DNA of 64,000 nucleotides from the human T2T-CHM13v2.0 reference genome, Homo sapiens: NCBI GenBank assembly GCA_009914755.4, contig CP086569.2, positions 16,960,001 to 17,024,000 of the forward strand, read 5' to 3'. Shown piece by piece: positions 1 to 12,740 of this stretch (position 1 is its first letter; each line of letters starts with the position of its first letter). The notes under the pieces were generated by a model. It saw only the letters and a program-made list of their open reading frames with translations, ran no database searches and was not told where the DNA came from. The position numbers and the translations under genes were made by a program.

Positions 1-119
1 TGTGGCAACATGTGCGTTTTCAACCATGCATTTGTGATTTTCGGAGATCAGGGAGCCCCAGTTTTAAGAATGAAGCTCTTTTTCTTTATTGCAGCTCCTT
101 GAACTCCACACTTTTCTAT

Positions 120-128
120 AATGGATTC

Positions 129-175
<47 letters not shown>

Positions 176-1000
176 CTTTAAGTTCTAGGTTACATGTGCA
201 CAACATGCAGGTTTGTTACATAGGTATACATGTGCCATTTTGATTTGCTGCACCCGTCAATTCATCATTTACATTAGGTATTTCTCCTAATGTTATCTCT
301 TCCTCAATCACCCATCCCACAACAGGCCCCAATGTGTGATGTTCCTCTCCCTGTGTCCATGTGTTCTCAATGTTCACCTCACACTTATGAGTGAGAACAT
401 GCAGTGTTTGGTTTTCTATCCTTGTGATAATTTGCTGAGGATGATGGTTTTCAGCTTCATCCATGTTCCTGCAAAGGACATGAACACATCCTTTTTGATG
501 GCTGCATAGTATTCCATGGTGTATACATGCCACATTTTCTTTATCCAGTCTATTATCGATGGACATATGAGTTGGTTCCAAGTCTTTGCTATTGTGAATA
601 GTGCCACAATAAACATACATGTGCATGTGCATGTGTCTTTATCATAGAATGATGTATAATCCTTTGGGTATATACCCAGTAATGGGATTGCTGGATCAAA
701 TGGTATTTCTAGTTCTAGATCCTTGAGGAATGGCCACACTGTCTTCCACAATAGTTGAACTAGTTGACACTCCCACCAACCATGTATAAACTTTCCTAGT
801 TCTCCACAGCCTCTCCAGCATTTGTTTTTCCTGACTTTTTAATGATTGCCATTGTAACTGGCATGAGATGGTATCTAATTGTGGTTTAGATGTGCATTTC
901 TCTAATGACCAGTGACGACGAGCATTTTTTCTTATGTCTGTTGGCTGCATAAATGTCTTATCTTGAGAAGTGTCTGTTCATTTTTTTTAAAGTAACTAAT
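120..1000 (-). mobile_element. L1 (LINE-1) 3' end fragment (ORF2 C-terminus + 3'UTR), older L1PA/L1PB-like, degenerate
   Basis: The reverse complement matches the L1 3'UTR and ORF2 C-terminal consensus (e.g. ...tgtgcacatgtaccctagaacttaaagtataat...). The minus-strand ORF fragments at 216-950 translate to L1 ORF2 C-terminal peptides such as FDPAIPLLGIYPKDY in shifted frames. The element starts with the (TTA)n tail. Confidence 0.85.
132..173. repeat. (TTA)n microsatellite, about 14 units; this is the A-rich tail of the minus-strand L1
   Basis: A direct ttattattatt... run immediately abuts the L1 3' end. Confidence 0.9.
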
Positions 1001-1339
1001 TCATTCATTTTTAAAAATATTTTTAGTCTTTTCTCCTACATGGTTTCTAATCCACTGTGAAAATTAAGGTTAATTTTAAGCTCTGCCTGATGAGATAAAA
1101 AGAATGGCAGACATGACTTTTTGTGTGTGACCAACTATTTCAATAAGAAATGGTCTAATGAACTGAAAGAGATAGATTGGAATGCAGCTATACAGAGAAC
1201 TCACTCAGTATATTTAGTGATGTTCACATTAGCTATTTGCATCAGAAAAGTATATAAATCATACCTGTCCAGATAAGTGAGTGATTACAGATGAACACAC
1301 CCACAGAACCACTACCAAAGTCAAAATTTAAGCGCTGCA

Positions 1340-1733
1340 TGCATCTCCAAGCACCCACATCCATTCTCAGACTGCTATAAGGACCTACTCTAGACTGGGT
1401 AATTTATGAAGGAAAGGGGCTGAATGGTCTCTTTCCTTTATAAATTCAGGGCTAGGGAGACCTCAGGAAACTTACAATCATGGCAGAAAGAGAATCAAAC
1501 ACATCCTTCTTCATATAGTGGCAGCAAGGAGAAGTGCTGTATGAAAGGGGGTAAATCTGCTTATAAAATGATCAGATCTCATGAAAACTCATTTAACTAT
1601 CATGAGAAAAGTATGAAGATAACCGCCCCCATGATTCAATTACCTCTCACTGTGTCCCTCTCATGACATGTGTAGATTATGGGAACTCCAATTCAAGAAA
1701 AGATTTTTGTGGGAACACAACCAAACCATATCA
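1340..1733 (-). mobile_element. MaLR LTR (THE1/MST-like), solo
   Basis: Reverse complement of the THE1/MST LTR consensus: ...gggtaatttat...cttacaatcatggcagaa...ccatgattcaattacctc...gggaactccaattcaaga...aaccatatca. Confidence 0.75.
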
Positions 1734-2424
1734 ATTCACCTCCATATTCCCTTCCAATAATTACGACAACCCAATGCCAAAATAATTACATTTTAATACC
1801 ATCAATTGGGTTTGTCCATTCTCAAACTCTACATAAATGGAATAATACAGCATTTATTATTCTGAATAGCTTCTTTTGTTAATATGTTTCTGAGACCTAG
1901 CCACATGGATGTATAGACTGGGTTGTATATTCATTTTTTTCTCTCTATACACTATTCTGTTTTATGACAAATGTGGCCTTACAGAGGACTGGTACAGTTG
2001 ACTTAGTGATAAATATCAACATCAGTATTATGTTGGCTCTTCAAAGGAGAATGATTGCATCAGTCACTGTAAATAAACACAAATACTAGCCTTTCTTATT
2101 TGCTTTTAGCACTTGGGGTCAGGCTAAGAAAACGTGGTGTCAATTATTCTATTCAATTAAGGATCCAAAAAATGTACCACATTGTAAACAAACATTCCAT
2201 TATGGAAATCTGATGAGAGAAAATAGATCACATTTATATCTTCACTAGTCTCTTGCCCCACCTAGTTTCAAAACACTAGGCACATCAAGTTTCAGAACTC
2301 TCCATATGGATAGGAATGAGCTGAAAATCAGGCCACGTGTAAAGCCATGATTTCAGGAAAGAAAAAAATGGAAGCAGGCATGTTACATCGTAAGAGTGGG
2401 AGCAAGGCTGGGGAAGATGCCTCA

Positions 2425-2594
2425 TATTTTTAAACAACCAGATCTTGTGAGAACTCACTCACTATCCCAAAGACAGCACCAAGTCATGAGAGATCCATCC
2501 CCATGTCCCACTCCCATCCTCCTAAGAGGCTGCACCTCCAATATTGGGAATTACAATTCAATATGAGAACTGAATGGGGCGTCCAGACTGTATC
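2425..2594 (-). mobile_element. MaLR LTR fragment (THE1/MST-like 5' half)
   Basis: tttaaacaaccagatcttgtgagaactcactcactatc ... gggaattacaattcaatatgag ... tgtatca. Confidence 0.6.
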
Positions 2595-3326
2595 ATGTGT
2601 GCATTGGGCATTTGAATGTCCAAGGTGTGAAGTGCTGGTTAAAATCCTTTGCCCATTTCTTAATTGGGTTGTTAGCCTCTCACTTATTGATTTACAGGAG
2701 CACATTGTATATACAGAACATGTGTGCCTTTTGTTATTTAAACAGGTTGCAAATACCATCTCTGGGTATGGCCTTTTCACTCTCATCATGGTATTTCATG
2801 ATCAGTGCACCTTGCTCATTTATCTTTTCCTTTTAACAGTAGTGCTTTTCATGTCCAATTTAAGATGCCTTTGAAAATTCTCCCCTTCTTCATGGCTCTC
2901 TAATGTTGTTAATCTTCTTACTTGCATGTTTCTCTTTGTTATCTGTAGATTGGGTAGTTTGAAGCAACAACATGTTTCTAGAAGCAGAACTGTGATCAGA
3001 TAGTATTTTGATTAAACTAGAAGTGTTCCTCAATTCTTTATTTGTATTATTTATTTATTTACATTGGATATTGACAAATTACTATTGTATATATATTTGT
3101 GAGGTAAAAACTGATGCTGTGATGCATATATATCCAGAGAAATGATTGAGTGAAGCTAATTAACATCATGTTCATCACCTCAGTTCTTATTGTTAACCCC
3201 TCCTGTCTAACAGAACCATCATACCCTTAGACCAGTATTTCCCCATGTCCCCTCCTCCCTTTCTTTACTTCTTTTTACATGAACTTTATTCTCCTGTTGT
3301 ATGTAGTGAAACCAACTGAACTTAAT

Positions 3327-3621
3327 TTCTTTCTTTTTCTTTTTGAGATGGGATCTTGCTCTGTTGCCCAGGCTGGACTGCAGTGGTCCAATCTTAGCTC
3401 ACTGCAGGCTTGACCCTCTGGGCTCAATTGATCCCCCACCTCAGCCTCTCAACTAGCTAACACTACCAGGTGTGTGCCACCATATCCACCTAATTTTTGT
3501 ACTTTTTTGTGGAAGTAAGTTTTCAGTATGTTTTCCAGGCTGGTCTGGAAATCTTAGATGATGCTCCCTCTTCAGCCTCTCAAAGTGCTGTGATTACAGC
3601 TGTGAGCCACTGCACCTGGCT
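3327..3621 (-). mobile_element. Alu (full length, minus orientation)
   Basis: Poly-T start, then gagatgggatcttgctctgttgcccaggctggactgcagtgg ... cctcaaagtgctgtgattacagctgtgagccactgcacctggc. Confidence 0.9.
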
Positions 3622-5649
3622 TAATTAATTCCTTTATGTTAAGCCTTTCCCCTTTAGTAAAATACACTGATTCTTTTCATACAGAACCATTATCAGTCAC
3701 TTAAAACTTAGTACAAATAAGTTATAAAATTCATCTCATTTCTATGATGTTAGGAATATAAACACTATGAAATAAAAATTTACTGTGCACCTATTAAGGG
3801 GAGGAAAGAGGACCAAAAGTCAAGTTAGAGAAAATAAAAAATAATTTCAGCGACTTCGATAATGGACAACTCTCCAAATCTTGAAATATACTGCTAGTCA
3901 AATAAGATCAAATCATTAATTCAATAGCAGTTCTTATAATATGAGTAAGAACTATTAGTATAATGAAGACAGCAACAATTCAGTAAGCACTCTTCATTGT
4001 TAAATACTGACATGTGAGAATTCATTGCCTTCAGAACTCACCTGACTATAGTTCATAACTTTGCTTCCACAGATGAACAAAAAACTCATACAAGTTTTCA
4101 TGCTAGCATAGATTGTCCTATATAAAGTAAGAATGGCATTATAAAGTGATGTATATAGGAGTAATTAATCTGATTTATTTTAATCTGTAAGTCTATACCA
4201 AATTCTGATTCTTATGAAAAATAAATTATGATTCTATGTAAAATTCCTGATAATATTCAGTTTGGACTTCTATTACATCACATTTTCTTAGCTAAATTAT
4301 TTTAATGAGTGCTTTACTTAAATATGATTCTTTAATGAAGAAAATCTGAGTAAACATATTTTTATATAAACAAAATGAATAAGCATTGGCAAAGAAAACA
4401 TAACTTATTAATTCAAGGTTACACATGCTTTTCAGGGATACATTCACTAATGCACAAAGTCATTGAAAAATATTTTTATTGTTCTGTTAAAAAACATTAG
4501 GTTTTTGGATTACATTTTAAATCAGATTAAAATTGATCAGCTTTTGCTCTGGCAAATAATAAAATATGTAGCAAGGCTAAAAGATTAATTTTTGGTGACC
4601 ATTACAAACAATAAATGTAAGGATGGAATAAGAGATATATTCCTATCTTCATCTATATTCAAATCTACCCTTATGGGAAACTTGAGTGAGGTCCACTACT
4701 TTTATATTTACAGATGCTAGGTTATATATGAATTACGTATGCCTGCCAAAAATGTACAATTTAAGGCTTGCATTTGCACCTGGACACCTTTATTTATTTT
4801 TCAAATTCAGCCTAAAATGAATTTCACCCTGAATGTCATCAGTGAATTTTTTTAAAGGATATTGGCAGAAAAGGAATAACAGGGGTGATAGAGATTCATT
4901 CTAGTGACAGAATGGGCTTTCAATAAATAGAAAAAAGTAATGTGAGAGAAATATACAAACACCATTTTATCTGATGTGTCCCACTTGGAGAAATTGCTTT
5001 ATTATCAATATGTGTAGTTGTAAAATAATCTTGCACAGATTAAAATTTCAGAAGACAGAATGTTTTTGTGTATCTGCTCAATTCAAAGTTGCCTTCAAGG
5101 GAGCTAGAAGACTGAAGCAATTTTCCAGGCAATCAGTTGGAATTTCCCTGTTTCACCTAAAGGAGAAAACAGAAATACTTGAAATCTATTATGTCTTTTT
5201 CAAGTTGGTCATTAGGGTGATTACTCTGATTTATGAAGTACCCTCTTTGGAAACTTTAGTCCTTCCACTCTATTTCCTTTTATGTCAGGAATTTTTAGCC
5301 CAATGGCTCTTTTTAAGTCTTATCATTGCAAATAGAAAAAGATGGAAAGACATTTGTAAAAAGAACAAGGAAGGGAGGCATTGGAAGACATGAAGAATAG
5401 TCTTTGAATTTTAGCTTTGGAAAAGATTAACAGGAATGAGGCAAAGTCCATTTGCAAGGAGGGAACTTCCAGCTGTGGCCAGAAAGACTGCTGGATGCCT
5501 GCAGAATGGCCTACTTTGTTCTGATGAGAGACTGCATAAGGCTATCTTATAGGGGTCACATAACCATGGCCATTAGGAAGAAGTATTTTTTAAATGAGTT
5601 TTGCAGATTAAATAAATGAAAGATGTCGGACATTTTCATCTTCAACCAA

Positions 5650-6110
5650 TCAAGTAGTATCATTCAGGGACCATGTTTAGTGCAGGTCAGCAGCCCTAAC
5701 CGTTGCATTTTTCATGAGTCAATTGTATGTAATTGTATACATTTATACACTAGCCAGCAATGTAGGCATAGTTACTTAGTCTGGTCCTACTGCTATAGCA
5801 AAACAGCTTAGACTGGATAATGTACAAAGAACAGGTTATCTTGGGGCAGACATCCATCCAATGAAAGGGGATGCTATCTCGGGGCCGGCGTGTATCTGGT
5901 TAGGGAGGCGTTTGGAATGTTTCTGACTGGAAATGTCATTTGTGATTTATCGTCATAGCATTAAGCTGATACCCTTTGGACTTAGAGACTTTTTGATCAA
6001 GATGAACGTTAGAATGATAGTGATCATTCAAGATGGTAATGCTTCCGCTCTGTCAATCCAGACCCTATAGTTATAAAAAGGATGGGGGCAGTGTATTCTT
6101 TCTGGCTCCT
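5650..6110 (-). mobile_element. 3' LTR of ERV copy A (the family recurs at 10895-11165, 16630-17092 and 59400-59905)
   Basis: Shared block: gtttggaatgtttctg...gatgtcatttgtgatttat.gtcat...ttagaatgat...gcttc.gctct.tc. It lies immediately 3' (on the minus strand) of an env TM remnant. The lower boundary is approximate. Confidence 0.55.
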
Positions 6111-6144
6111 TCCTGCTGACAAGGGAATGGAGAGATTTCAGGAC

Positions 6145-6468
6145 TCAGATTGACTGTAAGAGTTTCCATCTGTAGATGATTTTGGGTAGTTGTCTATGAA
6201 ATGGCCACGATCCTGTTAAAAATCTTTGAAAAAGTTTAATTAGGCACAGGAAGAACATTAGTCCTAGAAGTATTATTAGGAGAGGGCCCAGAAATGGGAT
6301 GATCCATGCTATGATTTTGTTTCCAAACCAAGAATCTATTTGGTTGTTTTGGTACTTCCTTAGCTTTTTAGCCCTTTCTTTAAGTCTTTCATCAGCAGTG
6401 TCTCTTCCTAGGCCCAGTCGATTGAGATAGAAACAACATTCCTCACTTAATGAAAGGGAGAGGTGCAA
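6145..6468 (-). pseudogene. env transmembrane (TM) subunit remnant, gamma-retroviral type
   Basis: The minus-strand ORF translates to ...EECCFYLNRLGL... (CX6CC-region relic) ...SWFGNKIIAWIIPFLGPLLIILLGLMFFLC... (membrane anchor) plus a cytoplasmic tail. This is the typical class-I Env TM layout. Confidence 0.6.
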
Positions 6469-9299
6469 GTTTGGAAAGACCCATGCATTATTTTCTGTTA
6501 GTAACCATTATTCCTGCTATGAGAATAATAAGAAAAACACTACAGTAATTGAGATTTTTGTCAGATATTCCACCTGAGGGTAGTACAGTATGTAGTTCTA
6601 CTGCAAATAGTAGAGTAAAGCAATTCCCAGAAGGGTGGCATAATAAATCTTACGAGGAGAGGTAGGAATGATGAAAACTATTTTATGAGACAGGGGTGAG
6701 ACTGAATAAGATGAGTAGTTCTCAGTTACTTATTTTTTATGATTTTCAACTTAAGATTTCCTATTTTTTTACATTGATATTTAGGACATTCCTTTGGGCT
6801 GTCAGAGGTTGCTTCATCAGCTTTCCAGGCTTTGACTCAAGTGTGATGTATTTGGGAGTTGATTCCTGTAACATATACTGTCTTAATTACCCTGAGTTCC
6901 ACTGACTCACTAGATGTGGGGGCAAAGGATACTGGGCACCCTCAATTATTAGTTGTTGGTGCCAGCATTAAAGAGATTTCCTTCTGTGATGGTCTGGTCG
7001 GGTGGAGGCAGGATCTGCTGAAATATCTAGTTTTCAGTTTATGGGCCTTTAAAAAAGCACAGATTATCTTGGAAAATTGTCACCAGAAAAATTAGAATTT
7101 AATTTAAACTGTAGAAAATAATAAAAATTGAGAAGCATTAGGCAACATTAGAATTTAACAAGTGTGTTACAGTTCTTGAAACATAATTTTCTCTCTCCAG
7201 TTTTCCATTTTTATTAAAAGGTAAATTATGGTAGGACTGATTTACTTTACTATACTTTGTTAATTATTTGCATACAGTGCAGGAAGAATAATTATTTGTT
7301 ACACAGGCCTTTTAAATGTGCATTGATGGAATTTTGTTCCATAGAAGAAATCTGACATAAGACTTTTTAAAGGTGAGTCAAGCCATGGAATTTACCATTA
7401 AATACCTATGTGTTGCCTCTGGAGGGATCAACATAACTTGGGGTTCCTGGCCTGTAAGAAAGTGACATTCTTTACTTCCCACAGATCAGAAACCCTGTAC
7501 AGGAACTGTGTACACAAAATATGAGGACAGTTTTCTAAGGGCTTTATTGGCTTCATAAGCAAGTTTCATTCCTCAAAGAAAGAACACTATTACAGTCAAA
7601 ACCTTGGTAAAATTACCAGTTTCTCCAATTGCATCCTGTTAGAAATGAAAACAGATTATTATGGCATTTAGGCAAACAACTGTATCACTATAACTTAATA
7701 ATATTCACAGATAGTTTCCAAATTCTGGAGAAAATCAGGTAGAGAGAAACAAGTATGCTCCAAATTTTGTTCACAGGAGTATACTAAATTATTAAAAGCT
7801 GTTAATAGCTCTAAAAAGAAGTTTCTTTGTCTTTTGAAAGCAAAACAAAATGTTTGCAATATTTTAAGCAAACATAAAAAAGATCCTCCAGTCTCCTATT
7901 AGTTCAGTTCAGGAGGTTAATTTGTATCCTGCCTGATATTAATGAACATTTTAGCTCTTCAAGAGTCCTGAATGTTTTTCCTTGATTCCAATGTTATAAT
8001 ATGCAAACTTATGAGAAATCTGTATTAAAGAACACTTTTTAGAGCTTTATAGCTGATTATGAAACCACCTTCAAAAGAGAACCAAAATAAGACAACAATT
8101 GTTCATGGATGACAAAAAGTATTAGGGTAGCCAAAATTAAATTTACAATTGACAAGGATATCTGTTGCCTTTGTGGCACACAATAACTTTACCATAGCAA
8201 TTATAATTATTACTGATAATGTACACAAAGATATATCAGAAATATAGCAGTGTCTTACAACTTTGGAACACATACCAATAATGTATTTGTACAAATATAG
8301 CCCAAAGAAATCCAAACACCATTTTATATTTGACAATGCTTCCTGTATGATTTTATACCAAATAAGCCAAACTTTAACTTTATATTAGTGTGCTATTAAT
8401 GTTAAACTCAATTTGTAATAAAACCTTGTAGACACATTTACCCAATTTTCATGTTTGACAATAGGTAGGACTTTTGTAGACCCATTTAAATAAACTCTTT
8501 ATAATTTTTGTCAAAGAGCACATTAGTGCTTTAAGAAAAACCCTTTGTGCTTCTATTTTAATGCTTAATTTACAGAAAAACTGGATGATACCCCGTAACT
8601 TTAGCCAATGTGTTTACACAGAATTTCCTTTAGAATTAACCTTCCAAAATTGCTTAAACCTTCATTTTTATGTTGTTCAACTTAAAACAATTCTTTAATC
8701 TTTTAATCTTGGTAAAAATCCACATTTGCATGCCTTCTTACAATCTTTCTACTAAAAGTATATGCAAAGTGTGTTTCTCAATAGTATTAAATACATGTCA
8801 CAGTGTTAACTTTTAGCAACCTTTAATTAGTTGGTAAGTTTGGGGTTTTAATTTAATTATGCACTAGGTGGAGAGCCTAGGACCTAGATAGAAGTGCAGA
8901 TAAGGTCTTCTTCCAGCATTTAACTCTATGTGTCCTAGATTTTTACCTCACTGAAAACATGCAAGCTGTAAAGCTAGGAATTACCATTTTAGAGGCCTAA
9001 TCACTTTTAAATTGTACCACACTTCTTGGATAAATTCCCTTTTATAAAATTTTTAATCACTTTCATAGACAATCTCAGACATGCCTCAACTATACTGTAT
9101 TTAACACAGTTTATAGTTTAGCTTTGAAACAAACATGATAACAGTCCTTTCCCAGAACAAACTACCTTCAGGTCTGTGGAACAGACTGTTTTAAGGCCAC
9201 AAGATTAGAAGTTATGGTATTTTACTAAATAGTTCAAGATGTAGCTACCTTCATTAAACCAATATTAATGTTTAATTTATTTAAAAATTATACAAGCAA

Positions 9300-9366
9300 A
9301 GATTATGTATATATGTATATATGTGTGTGTGTATATATATATGTATATGTATATATATATGTATTT
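9300..9366. repeat. (TA)n/(TG)n compound microsatellite
   Basis: gtatatatgtatatatgtgtgtgtgtatatatatatgtatatgtatatatatatg. The paralogous position in ERV copy B carries (TG)n at 28714-28743. Confidence 0.9.
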
Positions 9367-10894
9367 TTTGTGCTAATTTCCCAATTGGATTACCGGCCTT
9401 TGGGTGAGGCCCTTTAAGAACAGGCCTAGGAAAACAGCTTTCAGCAGCTTTCAGGGCCTAATAAACAAGCATAGCTGGAAAACAGAGACGGATTTTGGGA
9501 GGTACTTACTCAATTCTAATTCCAGGGATTCCATAAGGAAAACAGAGATTTTTTCCATAATGGGATTTGTGGTGCCTTTTCTGTTTCCTCAAGGAGTCCC
9601 AGGCCAGGATAAGTCATTTTAGGGTTTTTCATGCTTGCACCAAGAGTGGCAAGACAGAGTGGAGAAAACTAATTCAGTTCACTGAGAATTAACCTTTTCC
9701 AGGAAAACAAGATTTATGAAGAGGAAAACATAAAAGCTTTTGAATATACTCATAGCTTCAATATCAATTTTAATGAAGCTGAGTGCTCTTTTTCATTAGG
9801 GGTGAGAGTGGAGGTTAGAATTATGTAAATATCATGCCAAGTTAAGTTAAAGGATTGGGTTATGTGCAGGAATTCCCTGTGATAATTAGAGGGATTTTCA
9901 GAGAAACATCACAGATGCTGTTCACTCTGTGACAAATCAGACATGGAGAAAGGCACAAGAAAATGAGCAATGCCTGCAGCCAGACATTTCCCTGAGAGGG
10001 AGAATGGCCAAGGTGGTTTGACTGGTAGTATTTGAATGGGCAATGGCAGAGAAGAGGGAGAGTGGCAGTTTGGGCTGGAAGGCTTGAGGGCAAGAGGGGT
10101 CAGTGAGGCGGAGAGTTTGGACAGGTAAGGAGTGGATGCAGGGGGAGGAGAATATGGAGGGGGTTCATCTGCAGAGTCAAAAGGAGATTTGGAGGAAAGA
10201 GAGACCTGGAGAGGGTTTTCATTAAGAAGAAGGATTTCACGAAGGGTGCAAGCTTGACACAGGGTGGGTTGGGATTTAAGGTAGAAGAAATCCTGAATAT
10301 AGAGAACCTCTTGTCATTTGTCATTTCTGGTTATGAAGTTGTCAAGTTTCCTGAGAATCTGAAAGTTAAAGGTGCCATTTTCAGGCCATTGGCTGTCATT
10401 AACTAATCTTTACCAGGGCCAGGCCATGGTGCAATAAAAAAACCAAATGCTTTGGCTTCATTTTTCCCATAAGACACGTTTGGTGAGGCTGTGAAGGAAA
10501 CAGCCCAGTGGAGAGAACATTTGACACCTTTGTGGGCTGGTAAGGAGAAAACGAGGCTGTCAGTTTTTGATCTAGACATCCCCAGAGAAAAGACAGAGAC
10601 CCAGAATCCTCTTCCCAAAGAGGATGTTCAAGCTGAGATGAAACTGGACATCCCCAAGATTTCTTCTAGCTTAGAAGCACTGGTCCTCTGAGGACTGGGA
10701 TGGCAGACCTTAGTTTCCTGGGTACCATAAGAAAACCAGAGGAGGGCAGATCTTACCAGTCAGCTGCATTAGTGTCTGATATTGGATGTTCTAGTTGGAA
10801 TCAGCAAAGTTCCTTTTAGACTGTTGCCACACAAGGAAAGAGAGAAGGAAGGATGAATGAAATACTCATTGCAGGTGGTCAGAGGTGGATTCCC

Positions 10895-11165
10895 AAGACC
10901 TGAAGGTTTTGAAAACCCACTGCAGGAGACGTTTATGGCAGGGTTGGAATGTCTCCAGCCAGAGGGGAGGTTATCTCAGGGCTGGCATATCTCTGGTCAG
11001 GTGGGTTTGGAATGTTTCTGGTTGAAGATGTCATTTGTGATTTATGGTCATGCTGACCTTAGCCATCAGGCTGTTGCCCTCTGGATTTAGATGGTTTTTG
11101 ATCAAGGTGAACTTTAGAATGATGGCACTTGTCCAAGTTGGCAATGCTTCTGCTCTATCATATAC
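10895..11165 (-). mobile_element. 5' LTR of ERV copy A, truncated: the U5 end, PBS and leader start (~370 bp) are deleted relative to copy B
   Basis: Aligns to copy B at 16650-16905, then jumps directly to the homolog of B at ~17275. The LTR start motif tgacagagcag is at the outer edge, and the flank beyond 11165 is unrelated AT-rich DNA. Confidence 0.55.
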
Positions 11166-11400
11166 AGTATGTTTTATATATTATATAAAACATATATTAA
11201 GACTTGTGATATATATTACAACAGTTTTAATCCATATAATGTAATACAACTGCATCTAAAACATGCTGTTTGTAATTCATATAAATATATAAGTATATAT
11301 ATAAGTATGCATATATATATAGACAATTACTATATATGGTATAAATATATATTGTGTAAGTAAATATATATGTATGCAGTAATTATATATGTATATGTAG
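11160..11400. repeat. AT-rich low-complexity (TA-rich) tract
   Basis: tatatattatataaaacatatatt...atatatataagtatgcatatatatatag... Confidence 0.8.
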
Positions 11401-12559
11401 TCATCATTGACTTAATGATGGGAATACGTTCTGAGAAATGGGTCATTAGATTTCATCATTGTGCACCTCATAATGCCTTTCACAAACCTAAAAGGGGTAG
11501 TTACTACTCACTCAGGCTGTATGGTACAGCCTACTACTGCTCCTAGCCTGCAAACCTTCACAGCATTTTACTGTACTGAATATTGTAGGCAACTGTAACA
11601 CAATGGTAAGTATTTGTGTAACTAAACATACCTAAACCAAGAAAAGATACATTGAAAACATGGTGTTATAACCTTACGGGATCATAATTATCTATACAGT
11701 CTATTGTTACTAAAATATCATTATATGGTACATGATTGTATATTTATATTTATATATATGCATAAAACGAAGAGTACCTCTTAGATTCATTTTTCTAACA
11801 TTATATGGATTAAAATTGTTGATGAAAAGAGTCAAACTCTGTAAAATATTTGAAGAGATTTATTCTGAGCCAAATATGACTGACCATGTCCCATGACATA
11901 GCCCTTAGGATACCCTGAGAATATACAGCTTGGTTTTATACATTTTAGGGGGACTTGAGATATCAGTCAAATACATTTAAGATATACATTCATTTTGTTC
12001 AGAAATGTGGGACAACTCAAAGTTGGTAGGGGGCTTTCCAGGTTATAGATAGATTTAAAATTTTATTATCAATAAAAAGGAATATCTAGGTTTGAATAAG
12101 AGGTCGTGGAGAATAACGTTTCATCATACAAATGAGACCTCCAGGTAGCAAGGCCCCAGAGAGAATAGACTGTAAATGTTTCTTATCAGACTTAAGGTTT
12201 CTGTTAATGTTAAATGCTGGTCAGCTTTTCCTGAAAAAAAGGAAAAGGGAGCAGGGTATAATAAGGCATGTCTCACCCAGCTTCCAGTCATTTGCTCTGG
12301 CATACAGGAGGAAGTTGATGCAAATGTTTGGGCAGGGTTGGGGGTGTGTGCTTAATTTTGATGTTAACCACAATTTTTCACAATTTTTTTCAAGATGTGA
12401 ATTTGGGGAGACACATGCATACCCTAGCACATTTGATACCTCTATTTTCTAGGTACAGAAGGAAAGTTACAAAGGTTAAATAAACTGCCTAAAATTACAC
12501 AGCTCACCTGCAGGAAAAATAATTGCATACCAGATCTGTCTGACTCTAAACCAGACCGA

Positions 12560-12740
12560 TGTGATATTCAATTTTAATCTATAATATACATATAATATAT
12601 AAATATAGAATATAAATGTTTTTGTATTTAAATATATAGTTTACATGTGTGTATATATGTATATACACATATTTTATATATATAATATAATATATAATTA
12701 TATATAATATATAAAATTATATATAATATACAAAATCCAC
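12560..12740. repeat. AT-rich simple repeat (ATATA/TATAA-rich)
   Basis: atataatatacatataatatataaatatagaatataaatg...tatataatataatatataattatatataatatataaaattatatataatatac. Confidence 0.8.

Larger units (their letters stand above)
5650..11165 (-). mobile_element. Degraded class-I (gamma-like) endogenous retrovirus, copy A, with large internal deletions; 5' LTR at the high-coordinate end. Contains the uninterrupted site corresponding to the HERV9 insertion point in copy B (near 10695).
   Basis: Positions 8590-11165 are about 75-80% identical, in reverse complement, to 16630-17572 plus 27428-29590. LTR-family copies sit at both ends (5830-6110 and 10895-11165). An env TM remnant lies next to the low-coordinate LTR on the minus strand. 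Confidence 0.6.

Noticed and set aside
4974-5393. 139-aa plus-strand ORF in unique sequence; likewise 31550-32002 (-, 150 aa), 55317-55655 (+, 112 aa) with overlapping 55388-55603 (-), and 12132-12452
   Set aside because: AT-rich, low-complexity translations with no recognisable motifs. There are no splice-like context, Kozak or CpG-island features, and the length is within the chance expectation for 64 kb. They are not supported as genes.
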